Shown: positions 1-10,139, numbered from the stretch's first letter. The stretch is DNA of 64,000 bases from Thermoplasmata archaeon (GCA_003554965.1 PWHR01000020.1:70202-134201), one strand, 5' to 3'. The notes: generated by a model not told the origin, from the letters alone. Program-made: numbers and translations.

Positions 1-479
1 ATATCGCATAATTTCATAAGCGGATTAGTAGGAGATTCTAACCATATCATCTCTACCGATTCGTCTAAGCTGTCCTCTACTCTTTCTAGATTTGATGCAT
101 CCACGTATTCAAATTCCAATCCGAAGTCGACCATCACCTGGTTGAACAATCTTTTAGTACCTCCGTAAAGATCGTCGAAAGCCAAGACCCTGTCTCCTTT
201 TTCCAAAAGGGACATCAAGACCGCGGTCTCGGCCGCCATGCCGGAGGCGAATGTTAATCCTCCAAACCCTTTTTCCAACGAGGCCAATTTTCTTTCTAAC
301 TTGCATCTTGTAGGATTACTTGTTCTCGAATAAACATGCCCTTTTTCTATATCGTCGATACTCTCTTTCGCAAAAGTCGTTGTCAGGTGGATAGGAGCTA
401 TCACATCACCGTCTCTAGTCTCTTCAGGCTCTTCCGCTTCATGTATGCTTCGTGTAGAGAAACCTTTTTCTTCTTTCAT
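1..479 (-). CDS. Cystathionine gamma-synthase/gamma-lyase family PLP enzyme (MetB/MetC/CGL-like), N-terminal part; gene continues beyond the window start
   Basis: Own translation of the minus strand from ATG at 479..477 gives MKEEKGFSTRSIHEAEEPEETRDGDVIAPIHLTTTFAKES...YSRTSNPTRCKLERKLASLEKGFGGLTFASGMAAE...WLESPTNPLMKL. This is the typical Cys/Met-metabolism PLP family N-terminus. The ATG overlaps the TGA stop of the upstream cysteine synthase gene (ATGA). Confidence 0.75.
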   Translation of the reverse strand, partial: MKEEKGFSTRSIHEAEEPEETRDGDVIAPIHLTTTFAKESIDDIEKGHVYSRTSNPTRCKLERKLASLEKGFGGLTFASGMAAETAVLMSLLEKGDRVLAFDDLYGGTKRLFNQVMVDFGLEFEYVDASNLERVEDSLDESVEMIWLESPTNPLMKLCD

Positions 480-1639
480 TTTATAACCTCCAATACTTCT
501 TCATCGTTGATCATCAATCCATGCTTTTTCATCCATTCGTCATCAAAGACTCTAGTGAGATAATTCCTCCCAGTATCGGGTATTAGCACGAGAGCTTTTC
601 CTTCCCGTATATCATTATCTTTAATATATTTTATCGCCCCGTAAACAGCACTGCCGGCAGACCCACCGGCAAATATGCTTTCCTCTCTAGCTAAAAACCT
701 TGCCATCGAAAAAGATTTTTGGTCTTCGCTTTTGACTATCTCGTCTATGAGATCTAGATCTAAAGTTTCTGGTATCAGATCTTCTCCGATGCCTTCGGTC
801 AGATAGGATTCTGCTTCATCCTTCACCTCTTCTTCCGATTTTCCTTTCTTGACCTTGCTTATTATAGATCCTTTTGGATCTATTCCTATAACCTTCAATG
901 AGATCTTATCTTTCAAATATCGTGACACCCCTGAGATGGTGCCGCCTGTTCCGACACCCGCGAAGAAGTAATCCAAGCCATCTCCTATCTGATCCATTAT
1001 CTCCGGTCCGGTGGTATTTTCGTGAGCCAATGGATTGTACTTGTTCTCGTACTGGTTTGGCAGGTAAGCTTTTGGAGAAGGTTCCACATCCCTGCTCAGT
1101 ATCTCTTCCAGCTTTTCTTTTTTTTCTTCACGATACAATCTTCGAACCCTCTCAACGATTTCATCTATGTCACTTCTCTCTACCTCCTCCAACTCCCAAA
1201 AAAGTTTTTTCAACACTTCTGCCGCACTGTAATAGGACAAAGGATCTTCGGGCTTGACTTCCGTAGGTGTCCTCACCACTTCAGCACCCATCGCTTCAAG
1301 AAGAAGCTCTTTCTCCTGGCTCATCTTATCCGGCATGGTGAAAACGGTGAATATATTTTGGAGATTAGCGGCTATAGCGAGGCCCATTCCTGTGTTGCCC
1401 GAGGTGGGTTCCACTATAACTCCGCCTTCCTCTATCTTCCCCTCATTTATCGCGCCCTCTAGCATCTCAAGGCCAACTCTATCTTTAACGCTGCCACCTG
1501 GATTCATGTATTCAAGCTTGGCATAAAGATCCACTTCCAGTGAAAAGTGATCTTCAAGCCGTGCTAATCTAACTATTGGAGTGTTTCCAACGATCTCTGA
1601 TACGTTGTCTTTTACATTATGATCATCATTCCGGTTCAT
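476..1639 (-). CDS. Cysteine synthase / cystathionine beta-synthase family PLP enzyme, with a ~60-aa acidic insertion
   Basis: Motifs GNTPIVRL, KLEYMNPGGSVKDR, EPTSGNTGMGLA and ENTTGPEIM match the PALP fold-II family. The track ORF starts at 1714, but an SD-like aggtg precedes the internal ATG at 1639 (MNRNDDH...), which is the more plausible start. The product is 387-412 aa against ~305 for CysK, because of an EVERSDIDEIVERVRRLYREEKKEKLEEILSRD insert. Confidence 0.8.
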   Translation of the reverse strand: MNRNDDHNVKDNVSEIVGNTPIVRLARLEDHFSLEVDLYAKLEYMNPGGSVKDRVGLEMLEGAINEGKIEEGGVIVEPTSGNTGMGLAIAANLQNIFTVFTMPDKMSQEKELLLEAMGAEVVRTPTEVKPEDPLSYYSAAEVLKKLFWELEEVERSDIDEIVERVRRLYREEKKEKLEEILSRDVEPSPKAYLPNQYENKYNPLAHENTTGPEIMDQIGDGLDYFFAGVGTGGTISGVSRYLKDKISLKVIGIDPKGSIISKVKKGKSEEEVKDEAESYLTEGIGEDLIPETLDLDLIDEIVKSEDQKSFSMARFLAREESIFAGGSAGSAVYGAIKYIKDNDIREGKALVLIPDTGRNYLTRVFDDEWMKKHGLMINDEEVLEVIK

Positions 1640-1741
1640 TTTACACCTGTCACTTGTATTATAACGGTGTTTTATTTGGATTTTTCCGTTATAACACCGT
1701 ATTATTTTTAACATACCAGTCGTATGGTCGTGTAAGAGGAG

Positions 1742-2134
1742 ATGGATAAAATGAAAACCAAGCCTCCCTGTGAATTCATAGTTAATAAAGTTCTACCGGC
1801 GATCAGATCAACTTTGGTGCTTGAACTCAGCGAAAGATATGGACTGACCCAAACCAAAATATCTGAATTACTAGGGCTAACCCAACCAGCGGTCAGTCAG
1901 TATCTCAGTAAAACGAGGGGGAAACACGAAGAGATCGTAGAGAATTTTCCCCAGATAAAGGAATTCGCAGAGGAACAAGCTAAAGCACTGATCGAGGGGG
2001 ACATCGAACCTTCTCAGATATACGTCTGTGAGCCCTGCAGAGAATTGAGAGCGCTCGATCAGTTCTGCGAGCATCATCAGGTTTTCTCTAAAGTTCCGGA
2101 GAACTGTCAACTCTGCCTTGGAGATAAGAAATGA
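1742..2134 (+). CDS. Putative HTH transcription regulator with C-terminal Cys4 (zinc-ribbon-like) motif
   Basis: A central helix-turn-helix-like segment LTQTKISELLGLTQPAVSQYLSK is followed by CEPCRELRALDQFCEHH...CQLC. GGAG lies upstream; an alternative start is ATG at 1751. Confidence 0.5.
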   Translation: MDKMKTKPPCEFIVNKVLPAIRSTLVLELSERYGLTQTKISELLGLTQPAVSQYLSKTRGKHEEIVENFPQIKEFAEEQAKALIEGDIEPSQIYVCEPCRELRALDQFCEHHQVFSKVPENCQLCLGDKK

Positions 2135-2194
2135 ACGGGGACGAGGTGATCTTCATCTCTAAAAAAGGCCGTTAAAGATATAACTTCCCATTCG

Positions 2195-3421
2195 ATGATA
2201 AAATCGATGGACACCCTTGTTAAATCTACCCACAACATAGATCTTCACATCCACGGGAAATATTCCAAAGGCGTCTCTAAAAAGATGGAATTCAGTGTTC
2301 TCGCTAGAGAGAGCGATAAAAAAGGTATAGATGTTCTAGGCACCGGAGACTGCTTGAATCCTAGGTGGCGGAAAGAGATCAGCAAGATGAACAAAGAAAG
2401 AGAATCCGTCTACTCTAAACAGGGAATGGAATTCTTTTTGACAGGAGAAGTTGAGACAGATGATAGAGTCCATCACTTATTGATATTTCCTTCACTATCT
2501 AAGGCAGAAGAACTATATGAGAGGCTTAAGCGCTTTTCTTCAGATATAGATTCCAACGGCAGACCGAAAGTAGGATTATCCGGTGAAGAACTGGCTCTTA
2601 TGGCATCAGAGAGCGGATGTTTGTACGGTCCGGCCCACGCCTTCACTCCCTATACAGGTCTTTACGGCAATCATGATTCTTTAGAATCAGCCTACGGGAA
2701 ATTCAGCGACGAGATCGATTTTTTAGAGTTGGGGTTGAGCGCTGATAGCAGTTATGCCGGAAAATTATCAGAACTCCAAGATATCATATATCTATCAAAT
2801 TCTGACGCCCATTCGCCTTTTCCACATCGGCTCGCTAGAGAATTCAACACTATCGAACTTCCAGAGGTGAGCTTTGAAGCTTTAAAAGATCTATTCAAAG
2901 GTAAAAGAGGAAAGGTAGTAAGGAATGTAGGTCTACCTCCGGAAGAGGGAAAGTACAATGAAAGTGCCTGCAACAAATGCTATACTCATTACTCCTTCGA
3001 GGAATCAGTTTCTAGGAATTGGAAGTGCAAGTGTGGTGGAAGTATAAAGAAAGGCGTTAAAGACCGAGTTGGAGAACTCGCAGATCGTGAAGCTCCTAAG
3101 AACTTACCTCCATACTTAGCCATGATACCTCTGCAGGAGATAATAGCTAAGGGTGTAGGCCATTCCAGTCCTACGACGAAAAAAGTGAACGAGATATGGC
3201 AAGATATGATAGAAAAGATAGGGGATGAGGTTGAGATACTCTGTGAAGAAACATCAGAGAGGATCAGAAATGTAGCGGGCGAAGAAATAGCAGAACTCAT
3301 CAAAGACTTCAGAGAGGACGAAATAGAGATAGAATCTGGAGGAGGGGGAAAATACGGCAAGATCGTTAACTCCAAGGGCATTGGAAAGCAGGATAAGCAG
3401 AGATCTTTGACTGATTTTTGA
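2195..3421 (+). CDS. PHP-domain metal-dependent phosphoesterase family protein with internal Cys4 zinc ribbon
   Basis: The N-terminal DLHIHGKYS is the PHP His motif. A CNKCYTHY...CKCGG Cys4 cluster follows. Size and organisation match archaeal COG1379-type proteins. Confidence 0.6.
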   Translation: MIKSMDTLVKSTHNIDLHIHGKYSKGVSKKMEFSVLARESDKKGIDVLGTGDCLNPRWRKEISKMNKERESVYSKQGMEFFLTGEVETDDRVHHLLIFPSLSKAEELYERLKRFSSDIDSNGRPKVGLSGEELALMASESGCLYGPAHAFTPYTGLYGNHDSLESAYGKFSDEIDFLELGLSADSSYAGKLSELQDIIYLSNSDAHSPFPHRLAREFNTIELPEVSFEALKDLFKGKRGKVVRNVGLPPEEGKYNESACNKCYTHYSFEESVSRNWKCKCGGSIKKGVKDRVGELADREAPKNLPPYLAMIPLQEIIAKGVGHSSPTTKKVNEIWQDMIEKIGDEVEILCEETSERIRNVAGEEIAELIKDFREDEIEIESGGGGKYGKIVNSKGIGKQDKQRSLTDF

Positions 3422-3471
3422 GCCCTTCACTAACAAAAGATTTATCAAAGAATTGTTAATCACTTAACCCG

Positions 3472-4530
3472 ATGACTAAAACTGTTATATTGACCGACGG
3501 ATTCCTTGACGAAGGTACCGCAAAAACAGCTCATGGTCTGTTGAGACACTCAGAGAAATACGATATCGTTGGTGTGATAGATTCAGATTTTGAAGGAAAA
3601 ACGACAGATGAGATCATCAGACGGAGTAAATCCGTTAAGATCTATCCTGATGTTGATTCAGTGTTGAAAGAAGAAGAAGTAGAAAAGCTGATAGTTGGAG
3701 TGGCCACGATCGGAGGATATCTGCCGGAAAACTTTAGAAGGCACATCAAGACAGCTATAGAAAATGGTATAGACATAATCGCTGGATTACACCATTACAT
3801 GAATGAAGACGATGAGTTGAGCGCGTTGGCAGAAGAGCACAGTGTCGATCTGAAGGACATCAGGAAACCACCACCATTAGATGAACTACACTACTTCCAG
3901 GATAGAAAAAAAGAGATCGATGCTTTAACGATACCTTTTCTTGGAACGGATAGTTCGGTTGGTAAAAGAACAGCTCTGCTGGAAGTATTGGAATGTTTGG
4001 AAGAGAGAGGAAACGATGTTGAATGGGTAGCGACCGGACAGACCGGATTACTTCAGGGTCCCGATTATGGCCTCCCTCTGGATTCGATAAAAGGAGACTA
4101 TATGGTCGGTGAACTTGAACATCAGATATGGAGAGCCTGGAAAGAGAACGAACCGGATTTCATACTGGTAGAAGGACAGGGGAGCATATCCCATCCAGCC
4201 TACGTCTGTGGGTCCAGAGCTATCTTGGCAGGGAGTCAGCCTGACGGAGTGGTACTCCAACACGATCCAGCTAGAAAATACAGGCATTATCAGGAAGATG
4301 AGATCCAGTGGCCGATGCCTGAAGTAGGGGAAGAGATAGAGCTGATCAGAAAATTCTCTGGGGCGGATGTGATAGCGATCACGCTGAACACTAAGGACAT
4401 CACAGAAGAGAAAACGGAAAAATACAAGATAAAGTACGAACAAAGATATAATCTGCCTACAGCTGATGCTTTGGGGGATGTGGAAAAGATAGCTAAAAGG
4501 ATCGAGGTTCAGAAAGAACTTTCAGAGTGA
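3472..4530 (+). CDS. DUF1611-family protein (DgcN-like predicted N-acetyltransferase/P-loop-like)
   Basis: ~350 aa with TAHGLLRHS near the N-terminus and a GTDSSVGKRT P-loop-like segment, which is the DUF1611_N + DUF1611 architecture. The assignment is from memory of the family, not a search. Confidence 0.5.
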   Translation: MTKTVILTDGFLDEGTAKTAHGLLRHSEKYDIVGVIDSDFEGKTTDEIIRRSKSVKIYPDVDSVLKEEEVEKLIVGVATIGGYLPENFRRHIKTAIENGIDIIAGLHHYMNEDDELSALAEEHSVDLKDIRKPPPLDELHYFQDRKKEIDALTIPFLGTDSSVGKRTALLEVLECLEERGNDVEWVATGQTGLLQGPDYGLPLDSIKGDYMVGELEHQIWRAWKENEPDFILVEGQGSISHPAYVCGSRAILAGSQPDGVVLQHDPARKYRHYQEDEIQWPMPEVGEEIELIRKFSGADVIAITLNTKDITEEKTEKYKIKYEQRYNLPTADALGDVEKIAKRIEVQKELSE

Positions 4531-4534
4531 TAGA

Positions 4535-5461
4535 TCAATCGATCTTGACTCCTTCGTTGTTCGGTTCACCAACCCAAACTCTATGATCTTTACCATCGTT
4601 CGGCAGAACCTTCTTTTTTACCTTCTTCAACTCATCCTCTTTAACAAGGCCGTAAGCAGTAGGTCCCCACGAACTCTGACCCGCTCCATAGGTCTCTTCT
4701 TTCAAGGATTCTACGATCTCCGAAACAGCTGGATTGTAAGTACCTTCTTGATAGCCAGAGAAAGACCTTCCAACAAGTTCCTGTATCCTGGTAAGATGTT
4801 TGCCGAAAGCTCTAATATCTTCGTCCACTAACGCGGGTAACATACCCATCAATATGTTGTGAGATATTTTTTCGGGATACTTTTTTTCAACTTTTAGTTC
4901 ATCCATTATCGGTCTTTCCTCTTTTTCGTCATATCCCTTATTGCTTTTAGGACATATTATCAAAAATCTCCAGTCTTCAGGCACTTCGCTTCTAAAAAGC
5001 AGAGGAGAGAGTTTCTGTTCTTTAGTTTTTCCACCCTCCAATATAAATCCTCCTGATCTAAATCCATATGTGCCTATCGCGGAGTAGCGTGCCCTGTCCA
5101 ACATCGAAGCTAGTTTTGGCACTTTTATCTCTTTACCGGCAGCTTTCAACATCCCGTATCCAGCTCCAAGAGTGATCTGGGTTGTAGAACCGAGGCCGAC
5201 ATGACTTGGAACGCTCTCAATTATATTCACTTCAAATCCACAAGATAGGTCGTAATTCTCTGCCAGGGTAGAATAAACATCTCTAACTATACTTTTTTCT
5301 TTTTCATCCCCTACCACTTTTATATCTTTTTCACCGATAGATTCTATCTCTATCTTATAGCCACCTTTCAAACTCACACCTAAAGCACCATATTCCCGTT
5401 GGTAGGTCCTGCTGAGATCGATTATCCCAAAATGAAGCCTGCTTGGAGTTTTTATTATCAT
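4535..5461 (-). CDS. GHMP-kinase superfamily protein, beta-ribofuranosylaminobenzene-5'-phosphate synthase-like (COG1907 archaeal sugar kinase)
   Basis: The N-terminus IKTPSRLHFGIIDL and the GHMP motif PSHVGLGSTTQ were seen. It overlaps the upstream epimerase gene by 4 nt. Confidence 0.55.
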   Translation of the reverse strand: MIIKTPSRLHFGIIDLSRTYQREYGALGVSLKGGYKIEIESIGEKDIKVVGDEKEKSIVRDVYSTLAENYDLSCGFEVNIIESVPSHVGLGSTTQITLGAGYGMLKAAGKEIKVPKLASMLDRARYSAIGTYGFRSGGFILEGGKTKEQKLSPLLFRSEVPEDWRFLIICPKSNKGYDEKEERPIMDELKVEKKYPEKISHNILMGMLPALVDEDIRAFGKHLTRIQELVGRSFSGYQEGTYNPAVSEIVESLKEETYGAGQSSWGPTAYGLVKEDELKKVKKKVLPNDGKDHRVWVGEPNNEGVKID

Positions 5462-6558
5462 AATTCACCTTCAAGGTCCATAAGATACTTTTTCACCTTA
5501 TCTTCGTGGATCCTCATCCCTAATCCAGGATCATCTGAGATCCACAATTTACCGCATTCAAAATCCAAGCCGCTGGCTATGTTATCAGAGAGCATGAAGT
5601 GACTGTCTAGATCTGCAAATTTAAGTTTGCTCGTACTGTTGAAAAGGTGAGCTCCCGCACCTATAGAAACGCTGGTTTCTCCCATGCAACCGACCATCCC
5701 GTCAACACCGTACCTTTCCATCACATCAACGATCTTTCTGCCGCCGGTGATACCGCCGCATTTTGCTAATTTTATATTGATCATGTCCGCTATCTCTTCC
5801 GTACATATCTTTTCTGCCATCTTCGGCCCTTTTACGGTTTCATCAGCCATTATGGGCATATCGGTCTCTTCCGTCACCTTTTTTAGACCTGCTATATCAT
5901 CTACATCAACAGGCTGCTCAACGAATTTTACGTTCAAATCGGCTATCCTCTGGCATAGAGTTATAGATTCCTCAGGAGTAAAGGCTTGATTCGCATCCAC
6001 CCAGATATCTAAATCGGGACCTCCTTCTTCTCTCACTGCTTTTATTCTCCTGATGTCTTCCATCAAACCCATGCCGATCTTTATCTTGATAGCTTTGAAA
6101 CCGCGTCTCATGAATTCCCTCGCGTGTTCTCTAGTTTCACTCTCTGTCATCAGGCCTATAGTTCTGTCAGTCAATATTCCTTCATTAACCCCGTTGATTA
6201 TCTCGTAAACTCTTTTTCCGCTCAACTTCCCAGCAAGATCATAGAGTGCTATGTCAACACCGGCTAAAGCAGCTGGATCGTCTGGTAGTTTTTCCCTCAT
6301 ATCCTGCCAGTTCTTTTCAACATCTATACGTTCATCTTTCATGTTTGAACTCATCACCTTGACAGCTTTCAGTATCGATTCTACGCTTTCATCGGTGACG
6401 CTGTTTGCGCTTGAATTGCCCCATCCGTCTTCAGTCTTAGATTTTATCCTTACCAGGACATTTTCCGCTGTCAGGGAAGAACCGGTTGATATCCTAAATA
6501 CTTCGTCTCGATCGATCCCTATAGGAAAGCTCTCCACATCTTCTACTTCAATCTCCAT
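5458..6558 (-). CDS. Enolase-superfamily racemase/epimerase (dipeptide epimerase / N-acylamino acid racemase, DgcA-like)
   Basis: KIKIG (KxK), DANQAF and EQP metal-ligand motifs and a C-terminal MR_MLE barrel were seen. Overlaps nth by 11 nt and the GHMP gene by 4 nt. Confidence 0.75.
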   Translation of the reverse strand: MEIEVEDVESFPIGIDRDEVFRISTGSSLTAENVLVRIKSKTEDGWGNSSANSVTDESVESILKAVKVMSSNMKDERIDVEKNWQDMREKLPDDPAALAGVDIALYDLAGKLSGKRVYEIINGVNEGILTDRTIGLMTESETREHAREFMRRGFKAIKIKIGMGLMEDIRRIKAVREEGGPDLDIWVDANQAFTPEESITLCQRIADLNVKFVEQPVDVDDIAGLKKVTEETDMPIMADETVKGPKMAEKICTEEIADMINIKLAKCGGITGGRKIVDVMERYGVDGMVGCMGETSVSIGAGAHLFNSTSKLKFADLDSHFMLSDNIASGLDFECGKLWISDDPGLGMRIHEDKVKKYLMDLEGEL

Positions 6559-7219
6559 CTAGATACACCTCTTCATAATATATGCACATATGAGTCAAAG
6601 GACATTCATCACACCTAGGATTTCTCGGTCTACATATTTCTTTACCGAATTGGACCATCAATCTATTAATCTCTATCCAATATTTCTTTGGGATCTTCTT
6701 TTCTAGGACTCTTTCAGTCTCTTCCGGGTCATTAGTTTCAGCTATACCCAACCTGTTACTTATCCTGTGGACATGAGTATCTACAGGAACTGCGGGCTCC
6801 CCGAAACCGTATACCAGTACACAGTTAGCAGTCTTTCTTCCCACACCTCTGAAATCTAAAAGATCATTTAAATCATCAGGGACTTCATCATCGAACTCTT
6901 GGTGTATCCTTTCAGCGATCCGTTTTACTCTTTTAGATTTGACGTTATAGAATCCACTCGGCTTGATCAATTCTTTTATCCTATCTAGAGGAGCCTCCGC
7001 TAGGTCTTTAGGAGTCGGATATTCTTCGAAAAGTGCTTCAGAAGCCCTGTGTGTATTCACGTCTTTCGTCCTTTGTGATAGAACTGTAGATATAAGAACT
7101 TCGAAGGGAGTCCTGTTAGGTGTTTCATCTTCATCTGGATCTTTACCTGGAAATGCACCTACTTCGAATTTTTCACGAAGGTACTCCATCATCTCATCAA
7201 AATCATGCTCCTTGGACAT
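6548..7219 (-). CDS. nth: Endonuclease III (HhH-GPD DNA glycosylase/AP lyase with 4Fe-4S cluster)
   Basis: The HhH motif LLDFRGVGRKTANCVL, a catalytic Lys/Asp context and the C-terminal CRPRNPRCDECPLTHMC FeS cluster loop were seen. Confidence 0.85.
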   Translation of the reverse strand: MSKEHDFDEMMEYLREKFEVGAFPGKDPDEDETPNRTPFEVLISTVLSQRTKDVNTHRASEALFEEYPTPKDLAEAPLDRIKELIKPSGFYNVKSKRVKRIAERIHQEFDDEVPDDLNDLLDFRGVGRKTANCVLVYGFGEPAVPVDTHVHRISNRLGIAETNDPEETERVLEKKIPKKYWIEINRLMVQFGKEICRPRNPRCDECPLTHMCIYYEEVYLDGD

Positions 7220-7225
7220 CTTATA

Positions 7226-8572
7226 TCACTTCTCCTCGCTAGTAAGTGTCGGTTTTTCTAGATCGGAAGCTTTTTTCCTGATGTCTCCTAATAGGTAAAG
7301 TGATCCGGTGATCACTATCAGATCACCTTTTCTCCAATCCTCCTCCGCCTTTCTTAACGCTTCTAAACCGTGCTCAAAGTATTCTGCTGAACAGTACTTT
7401 TCAAACTCTTCACCGAGCACTTCACTGCTCAACTTCCTTTCACTTACCGGCTCAGCGGTGTAAACTTTATCGACGATCGGACCCAAGACTTCGACCATAC
7501 TTTTGTAATCCTTATCTTCCAATATACCAACAACGGCCAAAAGTCTGTTGAATTCCAGTCCTTCAAGCCCCTGTTTCAATGCTTCGAACCCTGTGCGGTT
7601 GTGGGCGGAATCCATCATCACTCGCGGCTTTTTCTTCACGATCTCCATCTTTCCAGGGAACACGCTTTTTTCGATACCCCTTTTTATGTCTTCCTCCCGT
7701 ATATCATAACCTTCATCCTGAAGGGTTTCAGCGATCTTCAGACTCATCAATGCATTCTCGGCAAGCCAAGGAACCAGACCGTGAACTTCGATCTCTCCAT
7801 ACGGCTCCGTTTTCAATCTTAAAGGATCGAAAAGGATCTCATAATCTCTATCAAAGGCATAGTTGAAGGCGGCATCTCTCTCTTCACATACGTTTTTGAA
7901 ATATTCCCTTATCTCATCATCCTTCTCTCCCGTCACGAATGAGTTCTTATCAGCTATTATGCCGGCCTTTTCCTTTGCTATCTCCTTTTTAGTTTCACCC
8001 AAATATTCCGAATGATCAAAACCAATGTAAGTCACTGCCGAGACCTTATGAGGAGCAACATTTGTAGCGTCAAGTCTACCTCCCATCCCTACCTCCAACA
8101 CGGCGAAATCAACGTCTTGTTCAGAGAAATATAGAAAGGCAGTCGCGGTCAACACCTCAAAAAAACTCGGCCTTTTTTCAGGATCTTGTTCTTCGATCTT
8201 CTGCAGGATAGGATGGATCTTATCTATCATATTCCAAAGTTCATCTTCTTCGATGTACTTCCCGTTAACCTGTATCCTCTCTTCAAAGTCCATCAAGTGA
8301 GGTGAGAGATAAAGTCCGGTGTTAAAACCTGCTTCATCCAAGATGTTCATCAGAGCCGTACAGACAGAACCCTTAGCATTAGTGCCCCCTACTATTATAG
8401 GCTCAAAATCATTCTGTGGATCATCGAACTTTGAAAGGAAATCTTCGATCTTGTCCAGACAGAGTTTGAGTCCAACCCTTTTCAAAGAATAAAAGTAATC
8501 TTCAGGATGATCGAATTCCTCTCTTGGATCTCCTATTTTTCTCGCCGCTTCTTGGTCGCCTTTCTTTTCCAT
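7226..8572 (-). CDS. folC: Folylpolyglutamate synthase / dihydrofolate synthase (Mur ligase family)
   Basis: The P-loop GTNAKGSVC and Mur-ligase middle and C-terminal domains are present, at 448 aa. Confidence 0.75.
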   Translation of the reverse strand: MEKKGDQEAARKIGDPREEFDHPEDYFYSLKRVGLKLCLDKIEDFLSKFDDPQNDFEPIIVGGTNAKGSVCTALMNILDEAGFNTGLYLSPHLMDFEERIQVNGKYIEEDELWNMIDKIHPILQKIEEQDPEKRPSFFEVLTATAFLYFSEQDVDFAVLEVGMGGRLDATNVAPHKVSAVTYIGFDHSEYLGETKKEIAKEKAGIIADKNSFVTGEKDDEIREYFKNVCEERDAAFNYAFDRDYEILFDPLRLKTEPYGEIEVHGLVPWLAENALMSLKIAETLQDEGYDIREEDIKRGIEKSVFPGKMEIVKKKPRVMMDSAHNRTGFEALKQGLEGLEFNRLLAVVGILEDKDYKSMVEVLGPIVDKVYTAEPVSERKLSSEVLGEEFEKYCSAEYFEHGLEALRKAEEDWRKGDLIVITGSLYLLGDIRKKASDLEKPTLTSEEK

Positions 8573-8600
8573 ATCTACCCTCTGCTGATTACTTCTTTTA

Positions 8601-10139
8601 TCAATGCTTGAATACTCTCTGCCCCGTGAAAGCCATGCTCATTCCATGTTCATCAACAGCTTCTATGACCTCATCATCTCTTATAGAGCCGCCGGGTTGA
8701 ACAACGCTTCTTATTCCCGCTTCAGCCGCCTCATCTATACCGTCTCTGAAGGGGAAGAACGCATCTGAAGCCATGGTTGCGCCTTCAGTATCCAATTTTG
8801 CTTTCATCCGGGCTATCTTGACAGCATCCACTCTACTCATCTGTCCGGCACCTACACCGACAGTATGATCCGACTTGGTGAACAGGATCGCATTGGATTT
8901 GATGTGTTTTACGACCTTCCATCCGAACTCCATCGCTTTCAGTTCATCTTCATCGGGTTCTCTATCGCTTTTTATCTTGAAATCCTCTTTGGTCGCGGTA
9001 TCTACATTCTTTTCCTGAACAAGAAGTCCTTCGGTCACTGGTTGGAAAGTGTAACCTACCTCTCGACTTTCCCACTCAGGCAATTCCATTATCCGGATGT
9101 TCTTCTTGTTTTTCAATACCTCTACAGCCTCATCCTCATATCCTGGAGCGATCACCGCCTCGATGAATATCTTGTCTATCTCTTCAGCCATGCCGACTGG
9201 AACTTCTCGATTAGCGGCGATTATGCCCCCGTAAATTGATTTGGGATCGCAGTCGTGAGCCAGCTTGTAAGCCTCTGTAAGATCTTCTCTTGAAGCTACT
9301 CCTGTCGGATTGGTATGTTTGATGGCAGCGACCGCAGGTTCTTCGAACTCTTTGACTATATCCATCGCGCCCTCTATATCCCGTATATTATTGTAAGAAA
9401 GTTTTTTCCCGTGAAGCTGTTCAGCTTTCAAAACTGAGCTTTCCTCTATCCTTTTAGTTTTGTAAAAAGCCGCCTTCTGATCTGGATTTTCCCCGTACCT
9501 CAGATCTCGAATCTTTTTTCCTACCACATTAAACTGATCAGGCAGGGAGTCCCAGTAGAAAGTTTCATGAAGATAGTTATATATCGCAGCGTCATAACTC
9601 GTAGTCTTTTGGAAAGCTTTCAAAGCTAGTTTTATCTTGGCCTGGAGCTGTACTTCCCCTACCTCCTCTATCTCATCTAATATCCACATGTAATCTTCAG
9701 GATCAGTGACCACTGCTACTCTTTCATGGTTCTTAGCAGCTGCTCTTAAAAGGGCTACGCCCCCTATATCGATATTCTCTATAGCTTCTTCGAGATCATG
9801 TTCCTTCCTTACCACTTCTTCAAAAGGATAGAGATTGACAGCAACAAGATCTATCTCCGGTAAAGCATGCTTCTCTATATCTTCTTCATGCTCTCCACTC
9901 CTGAACAAAATACCGCCGTGTATTTTGGGATGTAATGTCTTTACTCTGCCGTCAAGTATCTCCGGAAACTCAGTGATCTCGCTAACTCTCTGAACCTCCA
10001 ATCCCGCTTCTTCCAAAACCGAAGCGGTCCCTCCAGAAGAGATGATATCATAGCCGTTATCTATCAATCCTTCAGCGAACTCGACCAAACCTTCCTTTTC
10101 GTAAACACTAATGAGCGCTTTTTTCGACAATCGAAACAC
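8601..10139 (-). CDS. purH: Bifunctional AICAR transformylase / IMP cyclohydrolase
   Basis: The MGS-like N-terminus [15 protein letters not shown]...[18 protein letters not shown] and the AICARFT domain were seen, at 512 aa. Confidence 0.9.
   Translation of the reverse strand: MFRLSKKALISVYEKEGLVEFAEGLIDNGYDIISSGGTASVLEEAGLEVQRVSEITEFPEILDGRVKTLHPKIHGGILFRSGEHEEDIEKHALPEIDLVAVNLYPFEEVVRKEHDLEEAIENIDIGGVALLRAAAKNHERVAVVTDPEDYMWILDEIEEVGEVQLQAKIKLALKAFQKTTSYDAAIYNYLHETFYWDSLPDQFNVVGKKIRDLRYGENPDQKAAFYKTKRIEESSVLKAEQLHGKKLSYNNIRDIEGAMDIVKEFEEPAVAAIKHTNPTGVASREDLTEAYKLAHDCDPKSIYGGIIAANREVPVGMAEEIDKIFIEAVIAPGYEDEAVEVLKNKKNIRIMELPEWESREVGYTFQPVTEGLLVQEKNVDTATKEDFKIKSDREPDEDELKAMEFGWKVVKHIKSNAILFTKSDHTVGVGAGQMSRVDAVKIARMKAKLDTEGATMASDAFFPFRDGIDEAAEAGIRSVVQPGGSIRDDEVIEAVDEHGMSMAFTGQRVFKH

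Noticed and set aside
336-563. 75-aa plus-strand ORF
   Set aside because: Lies antisense across the junction of the MetB-like and CysK-like genes; low-complexity F/S-rich translation; no start context.
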